From: a virus
Taxonomy: Duplodnaviria > Caudoviricetes
Virus record (IMG/VR): IMGVR_UViG_3300046170_000427
Span: 1 to 57,402 of that record
Length of the DNA stretch: 57,402 nucleotides
Reading direction: 5' to 3' (one strand)
Part shown: piece after piece, positions 1-9,200 of the stretch
Layout of the letters: the number at the start of each line of letters is the position of its first letter
How positions within the stretch are numbered: position 1 is the first letter of the stretch
Notes under the pieces: model-generated
Database searches by the model: none
What the model saw: only the letters and a program-made list of their open reading frames with translations
What the model was told of the DNA's origin: nothing
Translations under genes and position numbers: made by a program

Positions 1-7
1 GGCGTCC

Positions 8-36
8 ATTCTATCAGCAACTCTCAGAAAAGTCAA
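8..36 (-). promoter_or_regulatory. sigma70-like promoter firing leftwards out of the window
   Basis: The reverse complement reads TTGACT (36-31), 17-nt spacer, TAGAAT (13-8). Confidence 0.65.
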
Positions 37-93
37 CACCCCTCGATATAATTTTCCCAGCGTCAGTGTTTCCTAATTTCTGAGATCTGCGCC

Positions 94-101
94 TATAAAT
101 A
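94..101 (+). promoter_or_regulatory. T4-type late promoter motif TATAAATA
   Basis: Exact T4 late consensus just upstream of the sigma70 promoter for ORF 172-348. Confidence 0.45.
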
Positions 102-113
102 CGTGCGGCGCGA

Positions 114-142
114 TTGACAATATCTGTCCGATAGTCTAGACT
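114..142 (+). promoter_or_regulatory. sigma70-like early promoter
   Basis: TTGACA (114-119), 17-nt spacer, TAGACT (137-142), ~30 nt upstream of ATG 172. Confidence 0.75.
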
Positions 143-171
143 CTTAAAGCATCACCAACCACAGCAGATTC

Positions 172-348
172 ATGTCAGTTTCTTACAATCAATCACAGAA
201 GCAACGCTATAGAATCACCCTGGATATAGAGGTGTACGATGACTTCAACCCCCATCAAATTGACTTCGAGGAGTTATTTGGAATGGAAGGAACTGAGCGG
301 GTTGTTGACAGTTATGTGGAGGACTTAAGTAAACCTATCAGTTGGTGA
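172..348 (+). CDS. small acidic hypothetical protein, 58 aa (not in ORF track)
   Basis: Manual translation MSVSYNQSQKQRYRITLDIEVYDDFNPHQIDFEELFGMEGTERVVDSYVEDLSKPISW*. It lies directly behind a near-consensus promoter. Confidence 0.8.
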   Translation: MSVSYNQSQKQRYRITLDIEVYDDFNPHQIDFEELFGMEGTERVVDSYVEDLSKPISW

Positions 349-389
349 TTGTCAGCTCCTACCACATTTATCGTGGAATGACAGTGTTA

Positions 390-447
390 TGTGCCAGTTG
401 TATTAGCGGCACACGATATAAGCACAGGGGTGCTGATGCCCTATATT
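390..447 (+). promoter_or_regulatory. cyanophage early-promoter-like element: inverted repeat plus -10 box
   Basis: TGTGCC (390-395) N12 GGCACA (408-413) inverted repeat, followed by TATATT (442-447) with no good -35, upstream of ORF 505. Confidence 0.55.
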
Positions 448-504
448 AGGTACATCGGAGGGGGATCACACTCAACCCTCCACTAACACTTTCCTCACTG
501 AATC

Positions 505-768
505 ATGTCTGCACAAACTTACAACGGTTGGGCAAACTACGAAACCTGGAATGTTGCTCTCTACATCAACAATGAGTATGCAATGTATCAAACAGCAGTC
601 GAATGGGTTAATGAAACATTGGGATGGGATATGAGTGTTGATTATGATCGTTTCCGTCACACACTTGCAGAACTGTTTGGTTCACAAACCCCTGACGGAG
701 TACGTTGGGATGATGACACTTTAGATCACGCAGAACTGACAGAGATGCTGGCAGAATTGGCGGACTGA
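505..768 (+). CDS. conserved phage hypothetical protein (YNGWxNYETWNVAL motif), 87 aa
   Basis: ORF track. The N-terminal motif is typical of small early-region phage proteins, and the protein is acidic. Confidence 0.85.
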   Translation: MSAQTYNGWANYETWNVALYINNEYAMYQTAVEWVNETLGWDMSVDYDRFRHTLAELFGSQTPDGVRWDDDTLDHAELTEMLAELAD

Positions 769-781
769 TTGTCACTTATTC

Positions 782-812
782 GTGGGGGCAGTAAGTGTTA
801 CATAGTCCCCAC
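782..812 (+). terminator. hairpin downstream of ORF 505-768 (possible terminator or processing stem)
   Basis: GTGGGGGC (782-789) pairs with GTCCCCAC (805-812), with inner GTAA/TTAC stem. There is no clean U-tract. Confidence 0.4.
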
Positions 813-1028
813 ACCAGTTCTTTACACAACCAACGAAATGTGCTAAACTATTACTAATAACGAAAAAGTATGATTGCGCGATATTCGTGTCAGGACAGTT
901 ATTTTATTTGTCGTTGATTGTTTATATCGTCGCGATGCCCCCCCGTATATAAAAACGCCTAACTACCCTAACCTACACTGTATGTCTTTTTCGAGCGTGA
1001 TTTCGCTTTTCTAAAAAAAATTTTTGGT

Positions 1029-1193
1029 ATGAAAAAAATGTCTGTAAGACAGAGCAAAGCGCCGCCGTATTGGAATTTTTGGAGAGTTGTTTTTGCAGGC
1101 TGGTTGATAAGATATCCTGGAAAGTTTATGCGCCCCTTCGCATTTATCGGAGGGTTTCTTATTGTGTTGATATATAATGCGCTTGTCAATTAA
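1029..1193 (+). CDS. small membrane protein, 54 aa (not in ORF track)
   Basis: Manual translation MKKMSVRQSKAPPYWNFWRVVFAGWLIRYPGKFMRPFAFIGGFLIVLIYNALVN*. Basic N-terminus and hydrophobic C-terminal segment. Confidence 0.7.
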   Translation: MKKMSVRQSKAPPYWNFWRVVFAGWLIRYPGKFMRPFAFIGGFLIVLIYNALVN

Positions 1194-1228
1194 AAAAGGT
1201 TAAAAAAATTTTCGGAGGAAAAAATTGT

Positions 1229-1438
1229 ATGTCCAGGATTTATCACATTTACGCTAAGGGTGAGTGTTTATATCACAGTTTAAATGAGCAACAATTCCAA
1301 GATACCTGGCAGCAACTTCAAGGTATGGTAGGATTGATGAAGACTGACTATTCTAGGGAAGATCTCTCATATGAAACTGTGCAATTACTCACAGAAAATC
1401 ATGTATACGGTGAACCGTCAGGACATGATTCCTATTAG
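1229..1438 (+). CDS. conserved cyanophage hypothetical protein, 69 aa
   Basis: ORF track. GGAGG upstream, and IYHIYAK...MVGLMKTDY motif typical of T4-like cyanophages. Confidence 0.85.
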   Translation: MSRIYHIYAKGECLYHSLNEQQFQDTWQQLQGMVGLMKTDYSREDLSYETVQLLTENHVYGEPSGHDSY

Positions 1439-1458
1439 TCGAAAGACATAGCGAAGCG

Positions 1459-1487
1459 TTGACAACTACATAACACTGGATTATAAT
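1459..1487 (+). promoter_or_regulatory. perfect consensus sigma70 promoter
   Basis: TTGACA (1459-1464), 17-nt spacer, TATAAT (1482-1487), 23 nt before ATG 1511. Confidence 0.9.
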
Positions 1488-1510
1488 TGAACTGAAGTTT
1501 ATTCCGACTC

Positions 1511-2290
1511 ATGGCAAAAGGATTTACTGTTAAGACTGTACCCCCCAAAAAGAAAACACCAGATATTGGGTGGGACATTGATGCGATTAAGCAACGGATG
1601 CAAGGGAAGAGGATTGTATTTTGTCTTCCAGGGCGCGGTTGCTCGTATGTATTTTTAAAGAACTTTGTACAACTTTGTTTTGATCTTGTACAAAATGGAA
1701 TGAGTATCCAGATCAGTCAGGATTACTCATCAATGGTTAACTTTGCACGTTGTAAGTGTCTTGGTGCAAATGTATTGCGCGGCCCTGATCAAGTACCTTG
1801 GGACGGGAAGCTCGAATATGATTATCAACTATGGATTGATAGTGATATTGTATTCACTACTGAGAAGTTCTGGCAACTGTGTGACTTGGCAATCAACGCT
1901 AAGGGCGAAGAAAAAGAAATCGTTGCTGGATGGTACTCCACAGAAGATGGACAGACTACTTCCGTTGCACACTGGTTGGAAGAAGATGACTTCCGTAAGA
2001 ACGGTGGTGTGATGAATCATGAAACACTTGAATCTATTTCCAAGCGTACAAAACCTTTCACGGTTGACTACACAGGTTTTGGATGGGTGATGATTCAGAA
2101 TGGCGTCTTTGAGAATTCTGAGATGAAGTATCCATGGTTTGCTCCTAAGATGCAAATCTTTGAAAGTGGTGCAGTTCAGGACATGTGTGGCGAAGATGTG
2201 TCATTCTGTCTGGATGCCATTGATGCAGGATATGACATCTGGTGTGATCCTCGTATTCGTGTAGGCCACGAAAAAACTCGCGTTATTTGA
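1511..2290 (+). CDS. GT-A fold (family 2-like) glycosyltransferase-like protein, 259 aa
   Basis: DxD motif in YQLWIDSDIVF, TGFGWVMI, GEDVSFC and terminal DPRIRVGHEK motifs. Confidence 0.8.
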   Translation: MAKGFTVKTVPPKKKTPDIGWDIDAIKQRMQGKRIVFCLPGRGCSYVFLKNFVQLCFDLVQNGMSIQISQDYSSMVNFARCKCLGANVLRGPDQVPWDGKLEYDYQLWIDSDIVFTTEKFWQLCDLAINAKGEEKEIVAGWYSTEDGQTTSVAHWLEEDDFRKNGGVMNHETLESISKRTKPFTVDYTGFGWVMIQNGVFENSEMKYPWFAPKMQIFESGAVQDMCGEDVSFCLDAIDAGYDIWCDPRIRVGHEKTRVI

Positions 2291-2302
2291 TAGGAGATTA
2301 TT

Positions 2303-2452
2303 ATGGCAGTACGTGCAAAGGTTGGTGTGATTAAAGACGGGTTTATGCCCGGAAAACCGAAAAAATCTCGTCAAGGAGAAGGTAAGAATACAAAGTATGC
2401 CGCAACCTCTCGTAACGGAAAGCGCAAAGCATATCGTGGGCAAGGAAAATAA
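2303..2452 (+). CDS. small highly basic protein, 49 aa, ending YRGQGK (not in ORF track)
   Basis: AGGAG at 2292-2296. Translation MAVRAKVGVIKDGFMPGKPKKSRQGEGKNTKYAATSRNGKRKAYRGQGK*. Confidence 0.85.
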   Translation: MAVRAKVGVIKDGFMPGKPKKSRQGEGKNTKYAATSRNGKRKAYRGQGK

Positions 2453-3122
2453 TAAAGTTTATCCTAATTACCATAAACAGTTATTATATGTTGAAACAAA
2501 AATTTCTTCATTAGATTTAAAAGAACTAAAGAATAAAGCAGAAGTTTGTTTAGAAAATCAAAATGAGTTTTCTAAGGCAAATAATCTCTTAGTTGGAAAT
2601 ATGGAAAAGGAATTTAATCTTAATGAAAGTTTTGAAAAAATTCTTTTTCCATATTCCTCTTCTCTTGCTGATGAATTTGATGATTTAAATAATAAAATTC
2701 TAGATCAACCAAATACACAAAAACAAGTTTCAAATTGGGTTTCTACAGGTTCATGGATTAATTTTCAAAAAAAACATGAATTTAATCCACTTCATGATCA
2801 TTCTGGAGATTATTCCTTTGTTCTTTGGGTACAAATTCCTTATGATTTAAAAGAAGAATTAAAATTGCAAAATTGTAAGAATTCAAATAATCAAAAAAAT
2901 TCTTTATTTAATTTTTCGTTTCTTAATCAATATGGACAGTTTGTTGAAAACTCATTACCTGTCGATAAAACATGGGAAGGAACTATGATTTTATTTCCAT
3001 CAAATCTAAGACACGAGGTGTATCCATTCTTTACTTCTGATGATTATAGAATTTCAATATCAGGTAATTTAATTAAAAAGACATTATCTAAAAAAACATT
3101 TTCTTATCAATATGGTAAATAG
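2436..3122 (+). CDS. putative 2OG-Fe(II) oxygenase (HxH variant, cyanophage type)
   Basis: WINFQKKHEFNPLHDH...SFVLW...FPSNLRHEVYPF...RISISGN motifs. The track start of 2397 overlaps the upstream basic ORF by 56 nt, so the in-frame GTG at 2436 is preferred (start uncertain). Confidence 0.8.
   Translation: MGKENNKVYPNYHKQLLYVETKISSLDLKELKNKAEVCLENQNEFSKANNLLVGNMEKEFNLNESFEKILFPYSSSLADEFDDLNNKILDQPNTQKQVSNWVSTGSWINFQKKHEFNPLHDHSGDYSFVLWVQIPYDLKEELKLQNCKNSNNQKNSLFNFSFLNQYGQFVENSLPVDKTWEGTMILFPSNLRHEVYPFFTSDDYRISISGNLIKKTLSKKTFSYQYGK
3116..3121 (+). promoter_or_regulatory. late promoter core TAAATA
   Basis: Overlaps the end of the oxygenase gene, 22 nt before ATG 3144. Confidence 0.55.
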
Positions 3123-3143
3123 ATATAACGACAATGTTACGTT

Positions 3144-3797
3144 ATGGCAGCATTAATTTGTAATCTTCCCTCGGTTGAAGTATGGGTAAGAAAAGAATAT
3201 CTCACTGATCATCAAAGTGGGTGGGGCGAATATGTAAAGGGCGTTTGGGTTTCGGCAAAGTCGATTCCTGGACGCGCTTTTTATTTTGAGACATACTTAC
3301 CAGAGTATGCAGCAATGTATGATAAGTTACCTATCAGTGCGTTTTTATCTGAACCAAAAAAACCTGATCCTGATATGAGTTTACAGAACTTACAGTTTTG
3401 GAACTGTATGGATTATGGTGTAGTTGCAGTACAGAAACAGTTTATTGGTAGTATGGATTATGAAGTCTATACAAGAGATCATGGAATAATGAAAGGCTCA
3501 TATATCTGCACATTAGATAATTACCATCAAGATCCTGATGTTATTGATTATGCAACATCAGAAAACCCTGCAGAACACAAGTCGCATAATTTGATAGAAC
3601 TTGTTAATGGACAGTATGCACTGTATCCAAACAATAGAACAAGAATCTATGATAATAGTTTGACACCTGAGAAACCAAAAATGCCAGATTTCAAAGTATC
3701 AACTGAGTATTATCAAGTTGAAAATGGATATGACAGAATGGGCCTTGGTGATCAAGAAAGTTACTTCTGGAAAACCGCTCAAGAACGAGATAAATAA
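3144..3797 (+). CDS. conserved cyanophage hypothetical protein, 217 aa
   Basis: ORF track. Aromatic-rich globular protein immediately upstream of gp25. Confidence 0.85.
   Translation: MAALICNLPSVEVWVRKEYLTDHQSGWGEYVKGVWVSAKSIPGRAFYFETYLPEYAAMYDKLPISAFLSEPKKPDPDMSLQNLQFWNCMDYGVVAVQKQFIGSMDYEVYTRDHGIMKGSYICTLDNYHQDPDVIDYATSENPAEHKSHNLIELVNGQYALYPNNRTRIYDNSLTPEKPKMPDFKVSTEYYQVENGYDRMGLGDQESYFWKTAQERDK
3790..3796 (+). promoter_or_regulatory. late promoter ATAAATA (gp25-gp6-gp7 operon)
   Basis: Overlaps the stop of the upstream ORF, 21 nt before GTG 3818. Confidence 0.7.
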
Positions 3798-3817
3798 AGC
3801 ATATTTGCTTGTAAAAA

Positions 3818-4219
3818 GTGCCAGTTCAACGTGCTAGTAAATCGTTTAAGGATATTTCGATGTCCTTTAAGGTAAGTCCACTTACCTATGATTTAATTGC
3901 AAATAAAAATGAAACTGCAATTGCACGTTCAATTCGCAACTTAATTCTCACTACTCCTGGTGAGCGTCCTTTTAATCCAGAATTAGGATCACAAGTTAGT
4001 CGATTATTATTTGAACCAATTGATGATATAACAACTCAAGCATTAAAGGAGCAGATTGAGAATACCATTAATAATTTTGAACCTAGAGTAAGACTTCGTC
4101 AGGTTGTTTGTAAACCAAATTATGACGCAGATGAATATGATATCTCTATTCGTTATGACATTGTTGGGATAGAAGCAAACTCTCAGCAATTATCATTCGC
4201 ATTACAACAGACACGATAA
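3818..4219 (+). CDS. gp25: baseplate wedge subunit / sheath initiator gp25
   Basis: SIRNLILTTPGERPFNPELGS and NFEPRV motifs (GPW/gp25 family). TAATG-coupled to gp6. Confidence 0.95.
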   Translation: MPVQRASKSFKDISMSFKVSPLTYDLIANKNETAIARSIRNLILTTPGERPFNPELGSQVSRLLFEPIDDITTQALKEQIENTINNFEPRVRLRQVVCKPNYDADEYDISIRYDIVGIEANSQQLSFALQQTR

Positions 4220-6267
4220 TGGCACTAGTCAACTTTGCCAATTTAGATTTCGATCAGATTAAGCAGTCGATTACAGATTATCTGCGATCGAACTCTAATT
4301 TTACCGATTATGATTTTGAAGGATCTAATCTTTCAACTATTATCGATGCGTTAGCATATAATACGTATATAACCTCATATAATGCCAATATGGTATCTAA
4401 TGAGGTATTCATTGATTCCGCCACTCTCAGGGAGAATGTGGTGTCTCTGGCGAGGAATATAGGTTATACTCCTCGTTCTAGTAAGTCATCAAGAGCTAAT
4501 ATTTCTTTTATTGTTAATACCGCCAATTATAGTGTCAAACCACAAACAATAACACTTAATAAAGGGATTGTTGCAACGTCAAGATCATTTGGTGATGAAG
4601 ACTATACTTTCTCCATTATGGAGGATATTACAGTTCCTGTTGTAAATGATATTGCTACTTTCAGTAATATTGATGTTTATGAGGGTACATATGTAACAAA
4701 TGAATTTAGTTACAACTCTTATGATCCCAATCAAAGGTTTATCTTAGATAATCCAAATATTGATATATCTACAATCAATGTTACTTGGAAACCATCAGAA
4801 TTCTCATCTGTAAAAAGAAAGTACCGTAGATCTGATAGTTTATTTGAGGTAGATAGTCAATCTCCAGTGTATTGGGTTCAAGAAATTGAAGATGAAAGAT
4901 ATGAATTAATTTTTGGAGACGGAGTATTTGGTATTGCTTTGCAAGAACCAAACTTTTTAGAAGTAAGATATCTTGTTAACAATGGTGTCAATTCAAATGG
5001 AGTTTCTGATTTAGCATTTAATGGCAAATTAACTACATCTAGAGATAATATTAGTATTACTGCAGGAATCTCACGCATCACCGTTAATACACCATCTTTT
5101 GCTGGTGCTAATATTGAAAGTATCGAGTCAATTAAGAAGTATGCCACTCAAACTTATGCTTCACAAAACAGAGCAGTAACATCAACTGATTATGAATATA
5201 TCATTCCTAAAATTTATCCTGAGGCAGAATCTGTTTCGGTATTTGGTGGAGAAGAATTAAATCCTCCACAATTTGGTAAGGTGTTTGCAAGTATCAAACC
5301 AATTAATGGTGCATATCTCTCCAACTTAGTAAAAGATAATATCAAGAGAGAAATTAAAAAATATTCTGTTGGTGGTATTGATTTAGAGATAACCGATCTA
5401 AAATATCTCTACATTGAAGCACTTGTTAATGTATATTATGATTCTAATAATACAAATAGTGGTGATCAGATAAGATCAATTGTTTCTACTAACATTGATC
5501 AATATGCATCATCAACTGAAATTAATAAATTTGGAGCAAGATTTAAGTATAGCAAGTTTCTTAATATCGTAGATAATAGCAATTCTGCTATAACATCAAA
5601 CATTACTACGATTCAAATGAGAAGAGATTTAAGAGCTTCTCTAAATGCGTTTGCTGAATATGAAATTTGCTTTGGAAATAGATTTCACATCGTAAATCAC
5701 GGACATGGAACACATAATGGTAAAATAGGATACAATATCAAGTCTTCTGGATTCCAAGTGAGTGGAGTTGCAGGAACCGTTTACCTCGCTGATGCTGCAG
5801 ATCAGTCTTTAGAAACTGGAACTATTAATCTAATTAGATTAAATTCTGCTAGTGAAGCGTCTATTGTTAGAAGAAATATTGGTTCAATTGATTATATAAA
5901 GGGAGAAATAATGTTAAATCCTATCAACATTATTTCAACAAGTATTAATAGGCAATTCCCACTTATTGAAATTTCTGCTGTTCCTTATTCTAATGATATC
6001 ATCGGATTACAGGATCTTTATATTCAACTAGATACTAATAACGTAACAATTAATTCTATTAACGATAGAATATCCTCAGGTTATGATGTATCAGGATCCG
6101 ATTACATTGTTTCTTCAAGTTTTGCAAATGGAAGTTTAGTCCGTGGCACAGTTGATACGACAACAAGAACACCTAGTGCAACTAGAGCAAGTTCACCACC
6201 AACGGGGACGACGACAATGTCCACAACTTCATCAAATTCTACTTCCTCACCTACTTATTCATACTAA
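4219..6267 (+). CDS. gp6: baseplate wedge subunit gp6
   Basis: LDFDQIK...FTDYDFEGSNLS...LAYNTY...DSATLRENVVSLA, YELIFGDGVFG and QNRAVTSTDY motifs. Thr/Ser-rich tail. Confidence 0.95.
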   Translation: MALVNFANLDFDQIKQSITDYLRSNSNFTDYDFEGSNLSTIIDALAYNTYITSYNANMVSNEVFIDSATLRENVVSLARNIGYTPRSSKSSRANISFIVNTANYSVKPQTITLNKGIVATSRSFGDEDYTFSIMEDITVPVVNDIATFSNIDVYEGTYVTNEFSYNSYDPNQRFILDNPNIDISTINVTWKPSEFSSVKRKYRRSDSLFEVDSQSPVYWVQEIEDERYELIFGDGVFGIALQEPNFLEVRYLVNNGVNSNGVSDLAFNGKLTTSRDNISITAGISRITVNTPSFAGANIESIESIKKYATQTYASQNRAVTSTDYEYIIPKIYPEAESVSVFGGEELNPPQFGKVFASIKPINGAYLSNLVKDNIKREIKKYSVGGIDLEITDLKYLYIEALVNVYYDSNNTNSGDQIRSIVSTNIDQYASSTEINKFGARFKYSKFLNIVDNSNSAITSNITTIQMRRDLRASLNAFAEYEICFGNRFHIVNHGHGTHNGKIGYNIKSSGFQVSGVAGTVYLADAADQSLETGTINLIRLNSASEASIVRRNIGSIDYIKGEIMLNPINIISTSINRQFPLIEISAVPYSNDIIGLQDLYIQLDTNNVTINSINDRISSGYDVSGSDYIVSSSFANGSLVRGTVDTTTRTPSATRASSPPTGTTTMSTTSSNSTSSPTYSY

Positions 6268-6276
6268 AGACGTAAG

Positions 6277-9200
6277 ATGATATCAACCGATTTACAGCGA
6301 GTACAGATTCAGGACATTATTGAGTATCAATTACCTGCATTTGTAAGGGATGATTTTCCCTTGGTTGGTGAATTTCTAAAGCAGTATTATATTTCTCAAG
6401 AATATCCTACTGCACCTTCTGATATTATACAAAATATTGACGAATACGTAAAGTTAGAAACTCTTCTTGATACTCAAGATGAGACAAATCTTGGGGCAGA
6501 TATTTCTTTTAGCGATACAACGATCACTGCAGGTTTTGATTTAGAGTCAAATCAATATGGAACATATCAATTTCCAGAGAGATATGGTTTGATCAAGATT
6601 GATGATGAGATCATTTTATATTCATCTAAGGACAGAAACTCTTTTAATGGTTGTATTCGTGGATTTAGTGGAGTAACTGCACTAGGGTAATGATGATGAA
6701 AAACTTACATTTTCATCATCAGAGTCTACATCTCATATTCAAGGTGCTAGAATTATCAATCTAAGTAATGTTTTATTAAAGCAATTTTTAGAGAAATTAA
6801 AGAAGCAGATTGCACCAGGATTTGAAGGTAGAGAAATTGATTCAGATGTAAATCAAAAACTATTTTTATCAAGATCTAAAGATTTTTATCAATCTAAAGG
6901 CACTGATGAATCTTTCAGAATTTTATTTGCTGCACTTTACGGTGAGAAAGCAGAGGTTGTCAAACCAAAAGAGTTTTTGTTTAAGCCTTCTGATGCTCAA
7001 TACAGAAAAACACGAGATATTGTTGTAGAATCAGTTGTAGGAGATCCTTCAAAGTTAAAAAATCAAACTCTCTATCAAGATGCACATCCTGAATATGGTA
7101 TTGAGGGTGCATATGCTACGATTGTAGATTCTGAAAAGATATTAAGAGGAGATAAAACTTACTATCAACTTAGCGTAGACTTTGATTATAGTAAAGATAT
7201 AGATCTTACTGGCGGAACTGTATATGGAGACTTTACTGCTCATCCAAAAACTCAAAATACTGTTTTAGTCGCAACTGGTTCTTCAATAATTGATGTTGAT
7301 TCGACAATTGGTTTTCCAGATAAAGGACAAATTTATGTTAATGGACAAAGTGGAATTTTAACATATCGTTCAAAAACAATAAACCAGTTTACTGAAGTAG
7401 GTTTAGCACATACCTCTACTTTTGGAACAAATTACCAAATTAACGCAGGCACTGAATTAAACTTGAATGTAAGTGCATATGGGTTTGAGGGAATTAGCGC
7501 CGTCTCAGTCGCTTCTAGCGATGCCTCAGCGGTAGGAATCGCTACCACTTCAAAGATCGAAGTTAGAATTGGAAAAGTTCTTGATGAGAATTTTATCTAT
7601 GATAAAACTTCATATTTCTCTAAAAATGATAATATCAAAATTAAATCACTTGGCATTGATGCGTCAAAAGCATTAGATAATAGTTGGTTTATAAATGTAA
7701 GTCCTAAGTATGATGTAAAGAGTATATCGATTATTGATTCATCCAATTTTACATATTCTATTGAAACAATTGCAAGAAATAATTTAAAAATAGGTGATAA
7801 AGTAACTGTAATTCAATCTGATAGTGCTGAAAAACAAGGCGTCGTTATTGATATTGCATCTGCAAAGACTTTTACATTTGCAAGAGCTGGGGAATTAACT
7901 GGAAGCAAATTCAGCGTTAGAAGAGATATTCTTAAACCAAGTGTCAGTAATTTAAATTCGGATGATTATTCATATATTGAAAAATCCTTTGCTAATGTTC
8001 AAAACACTTACACAAAATATGATGGTGATGTTTTAGTTGCGTCATCTTCTATTCCATCATATCATGACACCCCATTAAACTTTTATGATAGAAAAGTATC
8101 TTTAAATGGGGAATATAATGGAGAACTTTTTACTCATACACGTAATCATGGATTTTATACGGGCGATAGAGTTTATTATGAACCATCAATCAAAAACAAT
8201 ACCATTTCTATTGATAATCAAGATGTAATAGTAGATTCAGTTATAAGCAAGTTTCCTGAGATTGATTCGGGTGTTTATTATGTTAAAAGAATAAACAATA
8301 ATCAATTTAAAATTGCTTCAAGTGTCACCAATTTATATAATGATACTTTTGTTTCAGTATCCGGTATTGTTACTGACAACTATTTCTGTCCTAGTAATTT
8401 TTATAATAAAAATTTAAAACATCAAAAATTATACAGACAATTTAAATCTCCAGTTAATGATGGAAGAGAATATAAGACTCTTCCTGGTAAAACTGGAATG
8501 CTTGTTAATGGTGTTGAAATTCTAAATTATAAATCCGGAGATAGTGTATATTATGGAAATATCAATAGCGTAACAGTTTCTGCTCCAGGAAGCGGTTATG
8601 ATGTTATTAATCCGCCTATTCTTTCTATTCAGGATTCTACTGGAATTGGTGCCACTGGACTTGCAAATGTTAAAGGTTCTTTAGCAAGAATTGAAATCTT
8701 AGATCCTGGATTTGATTATGTAACAGATCCAATCATTACTATTACTGGTGGAAATGGATCAGGAGCTAACGCATATGCAAATACTAAATCAATCACGCAC
8801 TCAGTCTCCTTCTATTCAACATCAGATAACATTCAAGTAGGACTTTCATCAGACACTATTGGGTTTTCAACTTTCCACAGATTTGAAGAATCTGAGAGGG
8901 TAATTTATAAAACTGATGGACAGACTGCTGTTGGCGGTATCACTGACAATTCCGAATACTATGTAAAACTTATTGATTCTAAGACAATAAAACTATTTGA
9001 AAAAGAAAGTGATGCTATTTCTGGATCAAATCAGTAAGTCTTACTTCAAATGGGTAGGTATTCATAGATTTGAGTCATATCACAAAAAACGTGTCCTTTC
9101 TGATGTAATTGTATCTTCATCTGGCATTAATTATGAAAATAAGGAGAGAGTATCTGGAGTTTCAGGAATAAACACAGCATTAAATCAAATTAATATCTTA

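Noticed and set aside
968-1189. Minus-strand 73-aa ORF from the track
   Set aside because: It is antisense to a more plausible + strand membrane-protein ORF (1029-1193) in an otherwise all-plus region.
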